Translations under genes and position numbers: made by a program
Shown: positions 60,060 to 64,000 of the stretch, in pieces
Numbering within the stretch: the stretch's first letter is position 1
Layout of the letters: the number at the start of each line of letters is the position of its first letter
Source of the DNA: Convolutriloba macropyga
Taxonomy: Eukaryota
NCBI RefSeq assembly: GCF_964194025.1
Contig: NC_134470.1
Span: 37,882,001-37,946,000 of the forward strand
Length of the DNA: 64,000 nt
Reading direction: 5' to 3'
Notes under the pieces: model-generated
Database searches by the model: none
Told to the model about the DNA's origin: nothing
What the model saw: the letters and a program-made list of their open reading frames with translations, nothing else

Positions 60060-60423
60060 TTTGAACTGCAAATCGGGGAATTGAATAAGGGCTTGTTTTG
60101 GGCTAATTAAAATATCATGCTTGACAAAGAAAGGGTTGCCAAGGATGACCGAGTTTGTTGAGGAAAGGACAAGGAAGTCTTCAACAAACTCTGTTAGTTT
60201 TAATTTCGGCCTGTTTCTCTATTCTGACTAGTTGTCCTCCAGCCATTTTGACTGAAGTACAATCTGGTTGCTTCAATTTGACTGCGTTTTTGTCAGTTTC
60301 AGTAATTTCTTGAAGCAATCTGTTGCTTATGACATTTGCAGAAGCGCCGGTGTCAATTAGTACTCGACGGCTCATTCTGTTATTAAATTTAACTTTGACA
60401 TAGGGAAGAAGGGATGATCGCAT
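60060..60423 (-). pseudogene. pro: Retroviral-type aspartic protease remnant
   Basis: RVLIDTGASANVI, with a frameshifted ILGNPFF downstream. Confidence 0.85.
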
Positions 60424-60518
60424 ATTTGGGTTTATATTGTAAAGATTGAATAGTTTGGTAGGCTGCTCTATAGATTTCGTAGACTGTTTGCGACCTTTGG
60501 GCGTTAAGGGTGGCTTTA

Positions 60519-61350
60519 TTAGTTTTTTGATTGCCGATTAAATGGAAATGAGGTTCCTCTATTATTAGTTCTACCTCTCTGAGAACATTGACTTGATCGG
60601 TGATTTGGATAAACACATGTATAACAGAAGGTACCGCTGGAACTAGTCACAGGCATATATGGGCTGGTGGGCATGCGGAATTGTGACTGAGTTGTGAAAT
60701 TTCGAGGATAAAACACTTGAGCATTAGTGTTCGGGAACCGGGGTCTCGGATTTCTAAAATAGAAGTTTCGACCTCTAAGATTATTTCCTCTGTAAGAGTT
60801 TTGATACATTTGACTTGCATAGTTATTTTGACTTGCATAGTTATTTTGACTTGCATAGTTATTTTTGGGCGTATAGGGCGCCGCGGGGAATTGCCCCTGC
60901 CTATTAAATGATTGCTGGGGAGAGTGGGTTACATCTCTTTGTGTTGTTGTTTCTATCTGTGCCGCCGTGATGCGGTCGTCAATTGTTTGAAGCTTTTTGT
61001 CAAGTGAATCTTGCGTCTGGTTCAATTTAGAGAGCGCATTTATCAAATTTTCGGAAACGGCGTTATTGATTTTATTGAACCCATCTTCAGGATAGTCATC
61101 TTTTTTGCACATGTCTAATTGTCATCTGTTTTCGAGCAGTGGTGCAGAGATTGGTAACAAGCGTGGCTGGTGGTTGTTCCATCAATTTTGATCGCAGCCA
61201 TCCCGGCATGGCTTTAACGACCATTCGTTTCACTTGTTCGTTCTTGTTGTCCTCCGCTGCTTGCAATCTAGCAGCTCGTGCGGCTGTTTCTCCATCGAAG
61301 CGTGCGTGCTCTGCTCTGTCCCCTGCTCCTCCATCTCCTGGAAGCGCTAA
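60519..61350 (-). pseudogene. gag: gag remnant with CCHC zinc knuckle
   Basis: CYTCVYPNHRSSQC fits CX2CX4HX4C. The 5' part and PBS are deleted. Confidence 0.8.
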
Positions 61351-61371
61351 TGCTGCAACTGCTTGCTGAAG

Positions 61372-62795
61372 GGTTTCAATATTGCTCCGGAGCAGGGTCG
61401 ACAGCTATTAGTTTTGTCACCAGAGAAAAAGATTTCAATCTAAGACTGAATTATTTGTCTGCTGATTTTCAACTTGACAATCTTGGTTGTGTCGCTTAAA
61501 TTATTACTTTTTAAGACCTGAGAGCCGTATTTACATTTGAGTAATCACTTATACAAATACATCAAGATTAACACAAGATAAATAGAACTTCTGGCGCGTG
61601 CTGACACGTGCCAGGCAAATAAGATGAACATAGTAAAGTGTACATTGTAAATATAAATACCGGTTAGCACTACCACAAATTCCTCTGTTATGGGTAAGTA
61701 AATCGAAACATAGCCGGCAGATTGCCGGAAAATAGCCGCCGTTGATTCCAAAAAGCATGATTGGGATTGAAAGAACAGAAGATATTGAAAAAAAAAGATT
61801 TTTGTACAAAAAAATTTTGAAGTCCGATTTATTTTGATGGCATTTCGTAGTTGAACATAACGTACTTCTGCTTCTTATAGAGAGGCTACAGGGTCTACTA
61901 TCAATACCAATAAGCATTAGAGATGGTAACTAAGACTTATAGGTACGACGTTCAAATAGCGGGCATCTAAAATTGGGCTTTATGGGTTTATCCCGTTTCT
62001 ATTTCTGACTTCAATTTTTATACTGACTCTGTTCATTTTGAATTGCTTTGCTGAGCAATTCAAAATGAAGATGATAAGCATGATTCCAATAAGCATGATT
62101 GGGATTGAAAGAACAGAAGATATTGAAAAAAAAAGATTTTTGTACAAAAAAATTTTGAAGTCCGATTTATTTTGATGGCATTTCGTAGTTGAACATAACG
62201 TACTTCTGCTTCTTATAGAGAGGCTACAGGGTCTACTATCAATACCAATAAGCATTAGAGATGGTAACTAAGACTTATAGGTACGACGTTCAAATAGCGG
62301 GCATCTAAAATTGGGCTTTATGGGTTTATCCCGTTTCTATTTCTGACTTCAATTTTTATACTGACTCTGTTCATTTTGAATTGCTTTGCTGAGCAACTGA
62401 TGCTCAAAATCACTTTTAGCAGAATGAGAGAAAAGAGAAACTAGCCTAGAGAAGTCAAAAAGATTTCATGCAAAATGTTGAAAAAGCGGCAAAATGAGGT
62501 AAAGCGAAACATTTTTTTATTCGACGAAGTAAAAAAAAAAATAGGAGCGCTATAATAGCCGGCTGAGAAGATGAGGCGGCTATTAATAACAAAAGATAAT
62601 TAAATGGTTTTTAGAACAAATATACTTGAGAAAGTTTACAGGATGTTAATATAGTAAATACATTTTCTCATCTTAATAACGCAGAAAAATGAGGTCTATA
62701 TATGGCCTTCAGATTATAGCACTAAATAAGGCGATCAGTAAAATTAGGGGAAAAGATATATCGATTACTATATAAAACGTACTTTAGGACGTTAC
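61372..62795 (-). repeat. 5' LTR, truncated at its inner end and interrupted by a Helentron-type insertion
   Basis: Matches the other LTR on both sides of 61707-62585. Confidence 0.8.
61707..62585 (-). mobile_element. Non-autonomous Helentron-type (HINE) element with a ~338-bp internal duplication
   Basis: Inserted in aatcga|ataac (TT on minus) with no TSD; the empty site is visible in the other LTR. Minus strand shows a 5' subTIR AATAGCCGCC with partial IR, a 3' subTIR GGCGGCTATT and the hairpin CCGGCAATCTGCCGG. Confidence 0.85.
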
Positions 62796-63013
62796 ATAAA
62801 CATTTCTTTGAACTGTAAAAAGACCGATAGAAACCCAATACCCCTCTTCCAGTTGTAAAAAAAAAGGAGAAAAGGAGAGCGCCAAAATAATAGCCGCAGA
62901 GAGGCTGACGGCGGCTATTAAAAATAGATCACCATAACTCCTCTTCGAGTCGCAAAAAGGAGAGCGACTAACAATAGCCGTTGAGAGGCTGACGGCTGCT
63001 ATTAAAAATTTAC

Positions 63014-63355
63014 CTTCAATAAAGCCTGAGTCATCAGCGGGGTTTGCATCCATAGGTTCATCCTTGACAGGTAAGTCTAGAGGCATTTGCGTTTCTGTCA
63101 TCTCAAGCCCTGGTTCTGCCTTAACAGACGCTTCTGTACTAGCAGGGGCGTCTATTTTGCCATCGAACTTGAATTTTCCTTGGCATTGTGAACCATCCTT
63201 GGTCATTATCAGGTACTCAGCACCAGCTGGCGTCGGGGTCAGCAGGGTCTTCTTCTCGACGGTAAAAGATATGCATAGTTGTCGTCCAGCCATGTCAGTA
63301 ATATGATAAAGTTCAGAACTTGAATTGTCAGAAATAATCGTCAGCACAAATGCAC
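63014..63355 (-). CDS. Coding exon of host gene B, paralogue of gene A at 6 kb
   Basis: ttcag acceptor at 63356-63360 and GAAG|GTAAAT donor. Carries the shared domain plus VKAEP, VKDEP and DDSGFIE. Confidence 0.72.
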
Positions 63356-64000
63356 CTGAAGACTCAACTACACGTCAGTTAAAATACCCACAGCTTCTAA
63401 AAAATGCTGCAGCAAAAACCACAGAGCTTAGATCTTATCGCTAGACTTGGGTTTGATTGATTAGTAAGTAATACTCAGTAACTCAATGATTTATTTACAA
63501 AAATTTTAACATAGCTAGGGTTTGCCTTTGGTTATTATTGTCCAAGTCCACTGAAGGGTAGAACTTAACACTCTAAACTCTAAAATTCAAGGTTAGAAAA
63601 TGCCATTCGAAATAACTTTCATCGAATTTGTTAACAAATCGCTAAAAGTCGGTCGTTTCCATACCCAATTTAAATCGATACAAGAGATACAATTTAGATC
63701 GATAATGTGCGTTTGCACATAATTTTCCGACCCCGCGTATCTACATTTTGACTTAATTGTCTACCGAATGAGTAAGAGAAGGAAAAATTTCAAAACCTCA
63801 AATTGGTGTAAAAGATTTTAAACTCAGACAAACAAATTAAATAGTGCGTCATCAGAGCGCCGATAACTCTTAGAGGGCCGGGCCGATAGCATCAGATAAA
63901 ACCTAAATTAAACAAATTAACTGGTACTTTCATATATCAGATATGGGACCTGTACTTAATGGGACTTGGTAACAAGTAGACAAAAAGTACAAAAGTGGGC

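Larger units (their letters stand above)
53692..62795 (-). mobile_element. Internally deleted Ty3/Gypsy LTR retrotransposon carrying env (errantivirus-like architecture)
   Basis: Direct LTRs with TGTAA..TTACA ends; gag CCHC, protease DTG, an RT N-terminal stub and env remnants on the minus strand. Flanks taaac/taaaa are only an imperfect TSD. Confidence 0.88.

Noticed and set aside
62784-63013. Hydrophobic C-terminus of the 187-aa ORF
   Set aside because: It is read-through past the splice donor into two Helentron-type terminal repeats.

Overview
AT-rich, repeat-dense eukaryotic (invertebrate-like) genomic DNA. The main feature is a complete 16.4-kb Polinton/Maverick (adintovirus-like) endogenous virus at 6515-22879, with AGTAGT...ACTACT termini, a 6-bp AATTAA target-site duplication and ~123-bp subterminal arrays. 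It encodes pPolB (C2H2 fingers, vOTU-like and VSR-like domains), adenain, major and minor capsid proteins, core-like proteins, a DDE integrase, a packaging ATPase broken by one in-frame TAG, a 2-TM protein, a PLA2-like protein and two probable PC4-like proteins. Most of its genes are preceded by an Initiator (TCA[T/C]T) plus a DPE-like motif at or within 1 nt of the canonical +28..+32 position, and polB has an 8 x 22-bp phased CRE-like array. Host genes are all on the minus strand: a divergent H2A.Z with a GC-AG intron, and two paralogues sharing an unrecognised ~50-aa domain, one of which probably splices over 17 kb to a C2H2 exon. Other mobile DNA: a decayed CR1/L2-type LINE, a LINE 3' fragment, an internally deleted env-bearing Ty3/Gypsy element with twin covarying pseudoknots upstream of env, many co-oriented Helentron-type non-autonomous elements, Merlin-like and palindromic MITEs, and a tRNA-derived SINE head. 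All assignments come from reading motifs by eye; no database search was run.
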